IMG/VR virus record: IMGVR_UViG_3300044641_009805
Span: 186,001 to 250,000 of that record
DNA length: 64,000 bases
Direction: 5' to 3' (one strand)
A program made the translations under genes and the position numbers. The notes beneath the pieces were generated by a model. It saw nothing but the letters and a program-made list of their open reading frames with translations. It searched no databases and was not told the origin of the DNA. Shown here piece after piece: positions 9,737 through 20,385 of the stretch (positions are counted from its first letter, which is position 1; every line of letters begins with the position of its first letter).

Positions 9737-12700
9737 ATGGCCGGAATCAAGACAGGCAATAAGGGGTTCGTCAATCCCGCTGATCAAAACAAGGTTTACA
9801 CGATGGATTCAGCCGCTCCAGGTCAACCCGGGGCGAATGAGAACCCTCCTGACCTTGATCCCGGCAACATGACCGTCGACAACACGGTCAAGGACATCAG
9901 CAAGAAGACTCGAATCACCTTGGGAACGTACCTCAGCAAGGTCACCAAGGGTGAGGTGGGATCTTCGACAAAACCTAACAAGTACATCGTCGATGCCTCG
10001 ACCGACGCCTCCTTACCTTCGGCCATCACTACGGGTGGGTATCCGACGCCCCTGGGCACCTCAGATAATTCTTCACAATTCAACAAGGTGTTGCCAAGCT
10101 CTTTTTCTCCTGATTATGCAAGCATTGCTGGAGGAATCAAGAAAGGCAGATCGGCAGCTCAACTCCCTGACGGCAATGAGATCTTGCGTAACGCCACGGC
10201 CGGCAACACTTCAACGCAGCTCGTTCCGAACACGCCCGTCGACAAGTACACTGCCGCCGTGATTGCCGACAATCGTTGGGACTCACAGAATGAGTTCACG
10301 GGTGGGGAAGACCCGTCGAATCCGAGCGCGGGATTTGAGGTTAAGCTTCAATCCAACGCAGAGTTCGTGATGCCTTCAGGAGAAGCCACTAAGTTCCCTT
10401 CTGCTGAGTATGAACTTGGACTCGCAGAAGCTCAAGCGAAGGTCATAGAGGTCTCAGCTCAAAACGATCAAATCGTAGCCACATCCGATAAACAGTTCAT
10501 AAAAGCATCTCACACCACCCAAGGCGTGCCGACACCTCTTAGCCAACCAGTTGACGTCGGAGAAGGTGCATTTGCGCCGAACGTGAAAAACTCTTACAAT
10601 GAAGAGGATTACGTCAGGTTGAACGTCGGCGCCGCAGATGGCCTTCAAAAGGGTAAAACTTCGGCCGAAGGTCCAAGCGGTCACGATTTCTTGCCAGGAG
10701 CGCAGGTCGCGGGTGGCGTGTTGAAGGGTCCAAAACCTCTTGTTGACTATACAGACGCAGCCGTCAGACCAAACAGGTTGGTGCCTGGCGTTAACTCATT
10801 CACGAATGGTGAAGACCCTTCTTCACCGCCTAAGGACTTCAACGCGATCCTTCAATCTGAAGCAATCCCAGGACTACCCGGTGAAGAAGTTACGACTTCC
10901 TCCAAGTACGAGCTCGATCTCGGGGCCTTGACGAAGAAGCCTGTCGCAGACACTGTTGCTGCAAAGAACGCCTATCCTGTCTCCAAACCTGATATCACCG
11001 ATCTGGACTCAATCTCTTCAGCCGACGGGAAATATCCTGCACCTCTCACTCCTGCAGTCAACGTCAATTCCACTGTGCATGCTGAAAAGGTTACCGATTC
11101 AATGTCAGACGCGTACCCAACAGTCGCGAACTTGATAAAAAAAGGTAAGTCAAACGAGTCCGGTAAGGACGGCAATGAGTTATTGACGAAGGGCGTCACC
11201 ACGAATGCTCAAGGAAAAACCAAGCTAGATCCAGTTCTAAACGTCTACACAGAAACGACGTTAAAAAAGAATGATCAAAAACCTTCAAAACCCCTGATTC
11301 CATCCGAGATTGATCCGACGGCACCTCCTGCTAACTATCATCCCTACTTGGCTGACGTTTCGACTCCTGGTTCTCATACAGGTGCACCTCACGATCAGTT
11401 GACATTGAATGAGTTACGCGGGTTGCCTGTTGCAGCGACGCAAAGAAATAGCTTTCCGATCGATAAGAACACATATGCTCTAGATTCAACCACCACTCAA
11501 GGAATCCCTACTCCTCTTGCTAATTCACAAAACGACGACAGGTTTGTGAATGACAGGGTGAACATAAACCCTCCTTCTTCAGATGCTAGCGTAACCAACT
11601 TTAAAAAAGGAAAAGGCCCAGCCGACAGCAAGTATGACGGTCACAACCTATTAAAAGAAATTGACGGCAATCTCAGCACGGGTCGAAATAGTGACAAGTA
11701 TGCGAAACAAATAGTTCCTATCGTCGGAAAAGGAACGGTCGATTTAGCAACCTCTAAAGGAAACCCTTCTCCTGATAAAACGCCAGCTGATCATCCAATT
11801 AAGACTTACAAGGGTGATAGAGGTTCAACATTATCGTTAGGTAACAATCGTTTCGCTCCTCATGTTGGCTTAGATGCAAAGATACCAGGATTCAATCCCA
11901 CGTTGAAGCTCTCAGACGGAAAATCTATCACAACGATGGAGATGGCACAGATCGGCGCCGGCTTGTCGCAACGAGCCTCTGCAGAGATACCAGGGTACTT
12001 ACAAGGAAAATTCGATCCTAATGGTAACATCGCAGAGATAGCAGCCCAGTTGCCCTCGGTCGTTCAAACCGGCATCCTCAAGGTTGACAACGTCATCTTG
12101 GAAGCGAAAGACATGTTGAATTCCCTGGAAGGATCTTTTCCGACTCGTTCTTTGACTGAGATAGCTCCATTCGGTGATCAATCGTGGGGCGTCATGAACA
12201 ACGTGTCCGAACCCTTTGACGATCCCACCAATATCGGATTAATGATCACGATGATCTTGATGATGATCGCCGTAAGATTGCTACTAGAATTGTTTGCCTT
12301 ACCGACGAATCGACCGTACGGCAAAGTAACAAAGAAAGAAAGTAAAGGTCAAAGGGTCCTAGGATCCTACATGTACACGGAGCCGAATAACACCTTTAGT
12401 TTGTTTCCCTTTGATGTTTACGAGATCTTCGGATTCAAACGTACCATCAATTTATTTATAGATTGTCTACGCGCGGGATTCAATGCTTTCTTTTTAGGAT
12501 ATAGCAAAGCTGATGTCAGTCTCGGGGAACTTGCGTTCGGAGCTTTGGGCATCGGGCTAGATTCTCTCGTAGGCGAAGGTCAAGCCGTCGGTTACAACCT
12601 TGGAGTTTGCAGGACAATTATCAGGTTCGGATTGGTCCTCGCACAGGCGCTTGATAGAGTCATCAGATCGCCCAACATTGTTGCGGGAATAAAGTCAGCC

Positions 12701-14317
12701 GTCGGGATTCTTAGAATCATCAGATCTTCAAAGTTTATCGCTTCTTTTAACGTGTTCACGTCGTTAGGAGACACACTAATAGAGAGATCGAAACAATCTG
12801 CGATAAAAGGGTTGAAAGGTCCTGACGGGAATGACTTGACAGTAGCTGCAATTGACGCAGCAGAACCGAATACTATCATGCATTCTTCCGTGTTAAAGAG
12901 TAGATTGTCGGGGGGTGGATCTTATAACGCGACATTGGCTTGGAGCTCTCAGCGTGCGCCTTCGTTGTATTTGGTGTCTAGTAACGTTTATTCATTACAG
13001 AGAGCTGACACTATCAACGGCAATAAGCTGGAATCTTTCAAAGGAGGCCGTGCTTTACCTTTAGAATACGTTGGCATAGAAGATCCAAACAAAATAGTAT
13101 CTCGTGAGTATCATGCTAGCGGAAACGGCGCAAGAATCCCCAATGACGTTAGAAAAAAGTTAGAAGATGCCCTCGACGCTGAGTATGTGCCTTTTTCATT
13201 CCATGACGTCAGAACGAATGAAATCGTGTCTTTCCATGCGTTTTTAAATTCGTTGACAGATGATTATAATGCGCAGTATGACTCCGTCGACGGTTTCGGA
13301 AGAATTGAACCCGTGAAAATCTACAAAGGAACCACACGTAGGATAGGAATGTCGTTCGTAGTGGCGTCCACAAGCGATAACGACTTTGATAGAATGTGGG
13401 TAAAGATTAACAAACTTTTGACGATGATCTATCCTCAATACACAAGAGGTAGGGATCTTCTGGGCGAGAACTACAGATTTGTAGCTCCGTTCAGCCAGCT
13501 TGTCGGAGCTTCACCTTTAGTAAGAATAAGACTAGGAGATCTTTTTAGATCCAACTACTCTAGGTTTTCTCTCGCTAGATTGTTTGGGATGGCTGATGGA
13601 AATGTGGAATTCCCAGATGCAGACGGCAATCCAGCGAAGATAGAATTACAAAATAAAGCAGCAACATCAGAGAATCAAAAAAAGTATCAAGAAGCAACGA
13701 CCACATTCGAAGTCGGCGAAGAAGTAGAAATTACAGATGAAAACATCAAGAAAGAGCTTGACAGATACATCAGCGTTGAAAATGTAATAACAAATGATGC
13801 AGGGGAACCAGTCTCTAGTGAAACAATTCCAGCTGTTGATGCAACAAAGAAGCGTACTTACAAAGTAAAAAATGTTGTGTTTGGTTCATACTTGGTTGCG
13901 TCGGAAGTGGAAAATCAAGTAATAGAAACTAAAATTGTTAGTAGTACAAATTTGAAAAAGACGCCAGAAAACTTGAAAAAAATATCTCAAAAAATTTTTG
14001 GGGAAGATTCTAAAGGTGTCGGTTTTGATGCTGTTGCCAACTTCATGAATCCTGACAACAACGCCATCACCAAGTCTTTCGAGTCCGCCGGTGGCAAAGG
14101 CCTTGCTGGATTCATCGAATCAATGCAATTCGACTGGTTGAATCAAACGACCTGGTCGGTCGATCTTGGAAGAACTGCTCCCAAGATGTGTAAGGTCACG
14201 ATCAGCTTTAGCCCGATTCATGACATCACTCCTGGTATCGATCATATGGGTTATAATCGTGCTCCCGTATATCCAGTTGGCGCCGCGATGGGTAATTCAA
14301 AAGAGAAGGCAAAGTAA
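9737..14317 (+). CDS. Large baseplate / tube-initiator-like virion protein with N-terminal repeats
   Basis: C-terminal SFHAFLNSLTDDY...GFGRIEPVKIYKGTTRRIGMSF and APKMCKVTISFSPIHD resemble contractile tube-initiator domains. Four long imperfect repeats in the N-terminal half. Confidence 0.65.
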   Translation: MAGIKTGNKGFVNPADQNKVYTMDSAAPGQPGANENPPDLDPGNMTVDNTVKDISKKTRITLGTYLSKVTKGEVGSSTKPNKYIVDASTDASLPSAITTGGYPTPLGTSDNSSQFNKVLPSSFSPDYASIAGGIKKGRSAAQLPDGNEILRNATAGNTSTQLVPNTPVDKYTAAVIADNRWDSQNEFTGGEDPSNPSAGFEVKLQSNAEFVMPSGEATKFPSAEYELGLAEAQAKVIEVSAQNDQIVATSDKQFIKASHTTQGVPTPLSQPVDVGEGAFAPNVKNSYNEEDYVRLNVGAADGLQKGKTSAEGPSGHDFLPGAQVAGGVLKGPKPLVDYTDAAVRPNRLVPGVNSFTNGEDPSSPPKDFNAILQSEAIPGLPGEEVTTSSKYELDLGALTKKPVADTVAAKNAYPVSKPDITDLDSISSADGKYPAPLTPAVNVNSTVHAEKVTDSMSDAYPTVANLIKKGKSNESGKDGNELLTKGVTTNAQGKTKLDPVLNVYTETTLKKNDQKPSKPLIPSEIDPTAPPANYHPYLADVSTPGSHTGAPHDQLTLNELRGLPVAATQRNSFPIDKNTYALDSTTTQGIPTPLANSQNDDRFVNDRVNINPPSSDASVTNFKKGKGPADSKYDGHNLLKEIDGNLSTGRNSDKYAKQIVPIVGKGTVDLATSKGNPSPDKTPADHPIKTYKGDRGSTLSLGNNRFAPHVGLDAKIPGFNPTLKLSDGKSITTMEMAQIGAGLSQRASAEIPGYLQGKFDPNGNIAEIAAQLPSVVQTGILKVDNVILEAKDMLNSLEGSFPTRSLTEIAPFGDQSWGVMNNVSEPFDDPTNIGLMITMILMMIAVRLLLELFALPTNRPYGKVTKKESKGQRVLGSYMYTEPNNTFSLFPFDVYEIFGFKRTINLFIDCLRAGFNAFFLGYSKADVSLGELAFGALGIGLDSLVGEGQAVGYNLGVCRTIIRFGLVLAQALDRVIRSPNIVAGIKSAVGILRIIRSSKFIASFNVFTSLGDTLIERSKQSAIKGLKGPDGNDLTVAAIDAAEPNTIMHSSVLKSRLSGGGSYNATLAWSSQRAPSLYLVSSNVYSLQRADTINGNKLESFKGGRALPLEYVGIEDPNKIVSREYHASGNGARIPNDVRKKLEDALDAEYVPFSFHDVRTNEIVSFHAFLNSLTDDYNAQYDSVDGFGRIEPVKIYKGTTRRIGMSFVVASTSDNDFDRMWVKINKLLTMIYPQYTRGRDLLGENYRFVAPFSQLVGASPLVRIRLGDLFRSNYSRFSLARLFGMADGNVEFPDADGNPAKIELQNKAATSENQKKYQEATTTFEVGEEVEITDENIKKELDRYISVENVITNDAGEPVSSETIPAVDATKKRTYKVKNVVFGSYLVASEVENQVIETKIVSSTNLKKTPENLKKISQKIFGEDSKGVGFDAVANFMNPDNNAITKSFESAGGKGLAGFIESMQFDWLNQTTWSVDLGRTAPKMCKVTISFSPIHDITPGIDHMGYNRAPVYPVGAAMGNSKEKAK
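9970..11690 (+). repeat. Four imperfect ~160-aa protein-level repeats (TTxGxPTPL ... KKGK ... DGxxLL)
   Basis: TTGGYPTPL (about 10027), TTQGVPTPL (about 10514), DGKYPAPL (about 11024) and TTQGIPTPL (about 11490). Each is followed by (I/F/L)(K/Q)KG(K/R) and (D/S)G(N/H)(E/D/N)(I/F/L)L. Confidence 0.75.
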
Positions 14318-14323
14318 AAAGTT

Positions 14324-14623
14324 ATGGCGATATTCAGCAGGTATAGAGGGTCTCCTAGGTTAGGTTTCAACGAACAGTTCGGAACGTCGCGTGCCGTGGC
14401 CACCATTCGAGCCGCACTCGCCGAAGGCGTGCTTCCGATCATCGACACGGTGACCCTGCAAGGAAATCAGAGGTTGGATCACCTGGCTGCAACTTATTAC
14501 AAGGATTCGAGATACTGGTGGGTTCTTGCGGCAGCCAGCGAAATAGGGTGGGGATTGCAGCTACCACCAGGAACGGTGATCGTAGTGCCAGATCTAAACG
14601 CAGTGTCAGTTCTCATAGGGTGA
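14324..14623 (+). CDS. Baseplate wedge LysM-like protein (T4 gp53 / tail protein X-like)
   Basis: RLDHLAATYYKDSRYWWVLAAAS...LPPGTVIVVP. Confidence 0.85.
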   Translation: MAIFSRYRGSPRLGFNEQFGTSRAVATIRAALAEGVLPIIDTVTLQGNQRLDHLAATYYKDSRYWWVLAAASEIGWGLQLPPGTVIVVPDLNAVSVLIG

Positions 14624-14626
14624 TAG

Positions 14627-17600
14627 ATGGCTTTTAAATTCGATAACATCGCAGATCTTTATCGCAGTTTCGAGACAGTCGACGTCCTCGGCTCACAAAA
14701 GCAAGCGTCCTTGTCCGGGGTCGAAGGTGCCACGGAGGACATGTTTACAGCTTTACGTAACATTCTGCTTCAAAATAATGATAAAGTTCTCAACGGCGCT
14801 GAGATATTTGCCAAACTCAAAGAGCTTGCGGGAAAAGATAAAGAAAAAAGCAGAACGCTCGCAAAGCTCTTCAGAGTGTACACGACGAACGTTGGAGACA
14901 AGAATGGCAACAGCGGCGCGGAAAGTATCGCAACGTGGTACAATGAAAATGGAAGACCGTCTGCATACACCTACCTAGACAACGACGGTACCTATAAAGA
15001 AGGTAACTTCGATTTGATGATCCCCAAGCTCGCCGGTGATTCAACTGAGATTCCTTATCCCGAGTTGACATACCTCCTCGTCGACGCTCCCAATATTGAC
15101 TTGAAACTTCGCAACGCAGACAAGGCCGAGACGTTTCTAAATTACGTGCCTGGCATCATCGCATCACAGCTCGTGCCTTACCTTTCGGCTGAGTTCACGT
15201 TGCACCGGAACAACGATAAAAACACGACGGCCACGAATCGTCCCTTGATGACGATGAGCCCCCTTAAGTTCTTGTTGGGCGCTGACACGTCGACGATACC
15301 TGACAAGAACAAACCTCTCACCGCGAACGCGATGATCTACGACGCGATGACAAGGAACAACTTCTTTAACTCGGTCGGTATAGAGAAGGTAGATTTTGTT
15401 AAAAGAAAAAATGCGCAGCTGAAGCAGCAATATGATTTTCAATTATTGCAGTACAATTTGTTACCTCCACAAGACAAATTGAAGGCATCCCCACCAAAAG
15501 AGCCAGATTACCTCAAACAGATAGATAATCCGACCCCTGATCCTAAACCCTCAGGAGCTTTCACGACAGTGACGGGTATGGAGATGTTCACCATGCCTCA
15601 GACGCTGATCAACATGGATTATGATCAGACAGCAAGTCCCAGGTATCACCCTGTCATCAATCCCATGTTACCTTTTGGAACCATCACAGATTTTTCTGTC
15701 AACGTCCAATCTTCGGTTGGAACGTTCTCGTTCAAGACGGCGAAGATGACGTTGAAAATATTCGACAGGTCTAGGTTGGTCGAGATAGCCGACTTCATCA
15801 GCCCTAAGCTGTACAAGTCCACGACGATTTGGGTGACGTATGGGTGGCGGGCCCCCGCGCTTCCTGCGAACGATCCGTCACAGGACAATCCTTACTTTCG
15901 TTTCATCAATGAAACAATGCTAAAGAGAGAAGCGTACGGAGTCATCAACTCTAGCATACAGATAGACAGCAACGGCGTGGCGACGGTGACTCTTTCTCTA
16001 TCATCTCAAGGAGGCAATGAGGTGATAATCTCAAGTCCAGACGCTATCTCTAACAGCTTTGACGTGTTCCAGCAGAAGCTCTCCGCCGACATAAGTAGGA
16101 TACAAGAGCTAGCAGCTCGCTTGGGTTTGCCTGCCATCTACGCCGCAGCTCCTGACATCCGTGGTTCAGTGTTGATGTCGTCTGTTAATTCTGGAAACTT
16201 GTCGACTGCGGATACAAAGACTCTGAATGCTGAAATAGCCGGATTGACAAACGCTCTTAATAGTAGTAAGAGTGGCGACGCGGCAACGAAGCAAGAATTT
16301 CTGGGACTGCTAAAAAAGCTTTATTCTCCCGCAAATAACGCGGAGACGGAGCTTGCTAAACAGGCTAACGCAACCTCCGCAGAGAGATTCTCTGAGCTTG
16401 CGAAAGCGAAAGACTTCTTTGCCGTGGTGAAAGACGCAAAAAAGCAGGACGCAAAAAAGTTTGCGAACGATCAACCAGCTCTCACGAAACATCCTCTGCT
16501 TGATATAATGAATAACAGCCCAGGACAAAGAGATTATTCTGAGACCGCTGAGGCTTTGGTGTATGGTGATTACGGTACAAACTCGTTTGGGAAGGTTTTT
16601 GCTGTATACTTCGCCGCCCTGGCCCGCGCCATGGCCGGCAACGTGGTGGATGAGTTTCAGGTCATTTTCTATAAATTAAATCATCGGGCAGGCAAGGCTC
16701 GTGGTTTGAACATAGCTGAGTTCCCGATCGACGTGCCGACTTTGAAATCTGCTTATGCAAAAAGGGTCAAGCAACAAAAGGGTGATCGAATGTCGTTTTC
16801 TTCTTTCATGGAGATCGTTAGAGAATCTCAGTTTGGTGACATGAAGAATCGCGCGTATGGGTTCAGCGATCAATACAAGGTCGACAAGACGAATGGCACT
16901 TTAGTCGCAAAGGATGAAAAAGCCAACACGACCATCTCTAAATTGGCAATCGACAACTGGGGTGCAGATGGTCCATTCTTGTTACCAATGGTGGATTTTT
17001 ACATTGAAACCTTGTCAAAGGGATCCCAACACAGCACGACTGATCTGTTAGAAAAGTACACGATTGCGGCCAACGAATCTGACGGGAGGTTCAAGGCCCG
17101 AGGTCAGACGCGCATCATGAGAATCCACATTTATGACCGCGCGGCGACTCCTCATCAAACCGCCGAGACTTACATGAAAGCTGCGAGCGGTCTAGGATAC
17201 GTCGCTGTCGAGAACGATATCGGTCAGCAGACGGGCACCAGAGTAGTATCGGATGAAAACTCGGCTCAAATGAAGGCGAATGCTGGTCAGCTCGACGCCG
17301 CAAAAGCGGAAATTGGAGATTTAAAACAGAAAACAGGATTGACCGCCCAGCAGACGCTCACTGAGGCTGAATCAATCATCAACAAGCGATTCCCAGGCGC
17401 CAACGTGAAGTTTAAGGCGAGATTTATAAAACCTCGTGGTGAAGATGGCAAATCGGCTCCTAGCTTTGAGGTCATAAAGAGAGAGATCTCGCGCCTGGTT
17501 CCCACCCTAAATGTGGGATCAAACGGCACAATGATCTCTAACGTGAACTATTCCACGAACCAAGACGCGTTGCTGTCCACCATCATGATGCTCAGGAACA

Positions 17601-17965
17601 CTTCCGACGCGGCGAACCCTTCGGAACCCAACGGTTCGGGGGCTGGAGATCTGCCGATGAGAGTCGTGCAGGGCACCATGTCGTTGACGACGATGGGTTG
17701 TCCAATACTCGAATACATGCAACAATTCTTTATAGATCTAAACACTGGTACGACTGTTGACAACCTCTACAACGTCATCAGCCTGAATCACAACATGTCT
17801 CCTGGAAAGTTCACGACAGAGTTGAAGCTAGCCTTTGCCGACGCATATGGAACGTTCGAAGGAGCTCAATCGGTGGTCGCCGGGTTGACCACACAATTAA
17901 GCACTGTTACTGCTGGGATCAATGCCCAGGCCGCCCGCAACGCGCAGAAAAAGCCAGGTGGTTGA
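14627..17965 (+). CDS. Baseplate hub protein (gp27 / P2 gpD-like C-terminus)
   Basis: 1112 aa after the LysM gene. C-terminal MTTMGCP..EYMQQFFID...DNLYNV..LNH..SPGKFTTELKL resembles hub/late-control-D folds. Confidence 0.6.
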   Translation: MAFKFDNIADLYRSFETVDVLGSQKQASLSGVEGATEDMFTALRNILLQNNDKVLNGAEIFAKLKELAGKDKEKSRTLAKLFRVYTTNVGDKNGNSGAESIATWYNENGRPSAYTYLDNDGTYKEGNFDLMIPKLAGDSTEIPYPELTYLLVDAPNIDLKLRNADKAETFLNYVPGIIASQLVPYLSAEFTLHRNNDKNTTATNRPLMTMSPLKFLLGADTSTIPDKNKPLTANAMIYDAMTRNNFFNSVGIEKVDFVKRKNAQLKQQYDFQLLQYNLLPPQDKLKASPPKEPDYLKQIDNPTPDPKPSGAFTTVTGMEMFTMPQTLINMDYDQTASPRYHPVINPMLPFGTITDFSVNVQSSVGTFSFKTAKMTLKIFDRSRLVEIADFISPKLYKSTTIWVTYGWRAPALPANDPSQDNPYFRFINETMLKREAYGVINSSIQIDSNGVATVTLSLSSQGGNEVIISSPDAISNSFDVFQQKLSADISRIQELAARLGLPAIYAAAPDIRGSVLMSSVNSGNLSTADTKTLNAEIAGLTNALNSSKSGDAATKQEFLGLLKKLYSPANNAETELAKQANATSAERFSELAKAKDFFAVVKDAKKQDAKKFANDQPALTKHPLLDIMNNSPGQRDYSETAEALVYGDYGTNSFGKVFAVYFAALARAMAGNVVDEFQVIFYKLNHRAGKARGLNIAEFPIDVPTLKSAYAKRVKQQKGDRMSFSSFMEIVRESQFGDMKNRAYGFSDQYKVDKTNGTLVAKDEKANTTISKLAIDNWGADGPFLLPMVDFYIETLSKGSQHSTTDLLEKYTIAANESDGRFKARGQTRIMRIHIYDRAATPHQTAETYMKAASGLGYVAVENDIGQQTGTRVVSDENSAQMKANAGQLDAAKAEIGDLKQKTGLTAQQTLTEAESIINKRFPGANVKFKARFIKPRGEDGKSAPSFEVIKREISRLVPTLNVGSNGTMISNVNYSTNQDALLSTIMMLRNTSDAANPSEPNGSGAGDLPMRVVQGTMSLTTMGCPILEYMQQFFIDLNTGTTVDNLYNVISLNHNMSPGKFTTELKLAFADAYGTFEGAQSVVAGLTTQLSTVTAGINAQAARNAQKKPGG

Positions 17966-17991
17966 AAATCCGCTCATCGACGTGTTACCAT
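17962..17991 (+). promoter_or_regulatory. Sigma70-like promoter TTGAAA-N18-TACCAT for polA-like gene
   Basis: -35 at 17962-67, extended -10 TG-T-TACCAT at 17986-91, ATG at 18001. Confidence 0.55.
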
Positions 17992-18000
17992 ATATGTTGC

Positions 18001-19188
18001 ATGGATGTTGCTCTAGAATCGTCCTTGTTGGGAACGAACCAACACCTTCTCGTGTCGGATGATGGTTACTCGAGAATCAAAAAGATTCCTGATGAAGTCT
18101 GGCGATGTTCTCTAGACCGCCGTGAGGACGCGACTTTCTGTTGGAATACTCTGCAGATGTTGCATGACAAGTCAGAGGTCCCTCAACCTCCTGAGGCACA
18201 CGTCAGGTCGATTCGTTCCTTGATGAAGGAAGGGATTCCTCCATGGTCGATGGTTCTGCCCCCAACGATCTACAGGACATACCTAGATTCACTCGTGGCT
18301 TTTTCAAAAAAGAAGGTTGATGAAACAACAATCGAATATTATAAGAATATTTGGATGCATGCTTCCTCTCTTCTGTCATCATTAAAACCTGCAAAGGTTG
18401 ATGGTGCATTGGTTGAAGCCTTGTGCGAATCAGTTCACAATTCTCAAATCGTTTCCACATTCAAGGCCCGCGCGGGAGGATACGCTCATCCTATCACGTA
18501 TGACAGGTTTGGGACGGTGACGGGTCGTCTCACAGTGTCCTCAGGTCCAAATATTCTGTTGCTGAAGAAAGAAAACAGGAGGTTGTTGAAACCTTCGACG
18601 ATCGGAGGATACGTGGTTTCATTGGACTTTTCATCTCTTGAAGCGAGGATTCTGCTCTATGAATCCGGCAGAGGTTGCGAAGCGGCCGATCTCTACGCGG
18701 ATATAGCGACACGTTTGGGTGGCATACCCAGGAACGTAGTGAAGGCAGCTGTTCTGGCTGAACTGTATGGATCTTCCAGAAATGCCCTGGCTTTGACTCT
18801 CGGCATGTCAAACGATGACCTATCACGCTTCATAAGCAAAGTTGGAGAGATCATAGACACTCGAGCCTTGCTTTCTAACCTAAAGAGGCAATTTTCTCGT
18901 GAGGGTTTCATCACGAACAAGTATGGTCGAAGGATCGAGGTCTCTCGCCCGCAGGACAACATCTTCATCAATTATTACGCTCAGAGCACGGGCGTCGATG
19001 TGGCTCTCGTAGGATTCAACAAGATTTTGACGTCGCTGGGTAACGACGGGATCAGGCCTCTTTTCGTTCTTCACGATGCTCTCATACTAGACGTAAGAGA
19101 GGACAGGATAAAAGACGTGGAATCCGTCGAGTCAGTTAAAGTTCCAGGTTATGAATTTGAATTTCCGTTGAAGTTAGAAAAAATCTGA
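18001..19188 (+). CDS. polA: Compact family A DNA polymerase (polymerase domain only)
   Basis: TVTGRL, motif A LDFSSLEARIL, motif B KAAVLAELYG, motif C VLHDAL. About 395 aa, with no recognisable 3'-5' or 5'-3' exonuclease domain. Confidence 0.85.
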   Translation: MDVALESSLLGTNQHLLVSDDGYSRIKKIPDEVWRCSLDRREDATFCWNTLQMLHDKSEVPQPPEAHVRSIRSLMKEGIPPWSMVLPPTIYRTYLDSLVAFSKKKVDETTIEYYKNIWMHASSLLSSLKPAKVDGALVEALCESVHNSQIVSTFKARAGGYAHPITYDRFGTVTGRLTVSSGPNILLLKKENRRLLKPSTIGGYVVSLDFSSLEARILLYESGRGCEAADLYADIATRLGGIPRNVVKAAVLAELYGSSRNALALTLGMSNDDLSRFISKVGEIIDTRALLSNLKRQFSREGFITNKYGRRIEVSRPQDNIFINYYAQSTGVDVALVGFNKILTSLGNDGIRPLFVLHDALILDVREDRIKDVESVESVKVPGYEFEFPLKLEKI

Positions 19189-19239
19189 CTCTTCCTTGTC
19201 GCTGTGAACAACAACGTCGTGAAAGAGTAATGTGATTTT

Positions 19240-19836
19240 ATGACATTAAGTCCTGAGAAAATTGCTTCAAACTTTGACAAATTTCGATCTCTGTGTGAGA
19301 GGTTAGGAGATCGATCCGCTGCCGCCCTGTCTCTAGTCGATCATTTCGGCGAGAGATTGGCTTTATGTCCTGCTTCAGGCAGAAAAGAATTTCATTTGGC
19401 AGAACCCGGAGGTTTGGTGGATCATTCTCTTCGCGTTCTCAGCAATGCAATGAAGTTGTGTAAGGCATTTGAATATGATTTGCCAAAGGATTCTCTGATC
19501 ATCGGGTGTCTCTTTCACGATGCAGGAAAGCTGGGAGATCTGGAACAAGATTATTACCTGCCCCAAGACTCAGATTGGCATAGAGATAAGTTGGGTGAGA
19601 CCTACAAACACAACAAAAATATCAAGTACATGACTGTTCCTCATCGAGGCGTTTGGTTGTGTCAGCAATTCGGTCTGCGCCTCACTCAAGATGAGTGGCT
19701 TTCCATCATGTTGAACGATGGATGGGTTCTTCAGGAAAACAAAGCCTACTGTCTAAAGGAATCGAACCTCGTTCACGTCGTACAAACGGCTGATTATCTT
19801 GCGACGAAGCAAGAAAAAGAGATGATTGACGAATAG
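19240..19836 (+). CDS. HD-domain phosphohydrolase
   Basis: HLAEPGGLVDHSLRV, LFHDAGKLG, PHRG, TADY. Preceded by GTGAAC-N18-TAATGT (19204-19233). Confidence 0.85.
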   Translation: MTLSPEKIASNFDKFRSLCERLGDRSAAALSLVDHFGERLALCPASGRKEFHLAEPGGLVDHSLRVLSNAMKLCKAFEYDLPKDSLIIGCLFHDAGKLGDLEQDYYLPQDSDWHRDKLGETYKHNKNIKYMTVPHRGVWLCQQFGLRLTQDEWLSIMLNDGWVLQENKAYCLKESNLVHVVQTADYLATKQEKEMIDE

Positions 19837-19844
19837 TTAGCAGC

Positions 19845-20075
19845 ATGAACGACTTACTACGCCGTTATGTTCTAGAGATCATAAAAGAATCAAGCTTGAA
19901 GATTGATGAAGATGAAGACGAAAAAGAACCAAAGTCAGATTCTGATGACATCAACGAATTTAGCGGCGTAGGCGCAATAGCGGGTTTTACCGCTCCTTTG
20001 GGATGGACGAGTAAAGACATGGAGTCTCCTAAAGTTAAAGAAAGAAAGAAGAGAAAACAACCGGCCTGGAAGTGA
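19845..20075 (+). CDS. Small acidic/basic hypothetical protein with N-terminal helix tag
   Basis: MNDLLRRYVLEIIKE start. ATAGTTA lies 5 nt upstream of the ATG. Confidence 0.7.
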   Translation: MNDLLRRYVLEIIKESSLKIDEDEDEKEPKSDSDDINEFSGVGAIAGFTAPLGWTSKDMESPKVKERKKRKQPAWK

Positions 20076-20076
20076 C

Positions 20077-20385
20077 ATGAAAAGCTTATTTCTACCATAT
20101 GCTGTTCTATTCGTGATAGGCATTGTAGGAGCATTCATCACGAAAAAAGTACAGGCATCTGAGTTACCCATTTGGGTCCCCATATTCCCTTCTATCGCAA
20201 GTGGATTCTTATGGGGGTGGATCGCGAAGAGGTCGGAAAACCTGAGCCTCATGTCCGTTCTTGTTGACGTTCTTTACACGGCTGCTTTCGTCATCGGCTT
20301 CATGATCTTAGGTGACAGACTCACCCCGTTGCAGATAGCAGGATTTTTGGTGTCGTTGATCGGCGTCGCAATGATGGCAGCCTAA
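20077..20385 (+). CDS. Small 4-TM membrane protein, SMR/EamA (DMT)-like
   Basis: Four hydrophobic segments. C-terminal GDRLTPLQIAGFLVSLIGVAMM resembles EamA ends. Confidence 0.6.
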   Translation: MKSLFLPYAVLFVIGIVGAFITKKVQASELPIWVPIFPSIASGFLWGWIAKRSENLSLMSVLVDVLYTAAFVIGFMILGDRLTPLQIAGFLVSLIGVAMMAA

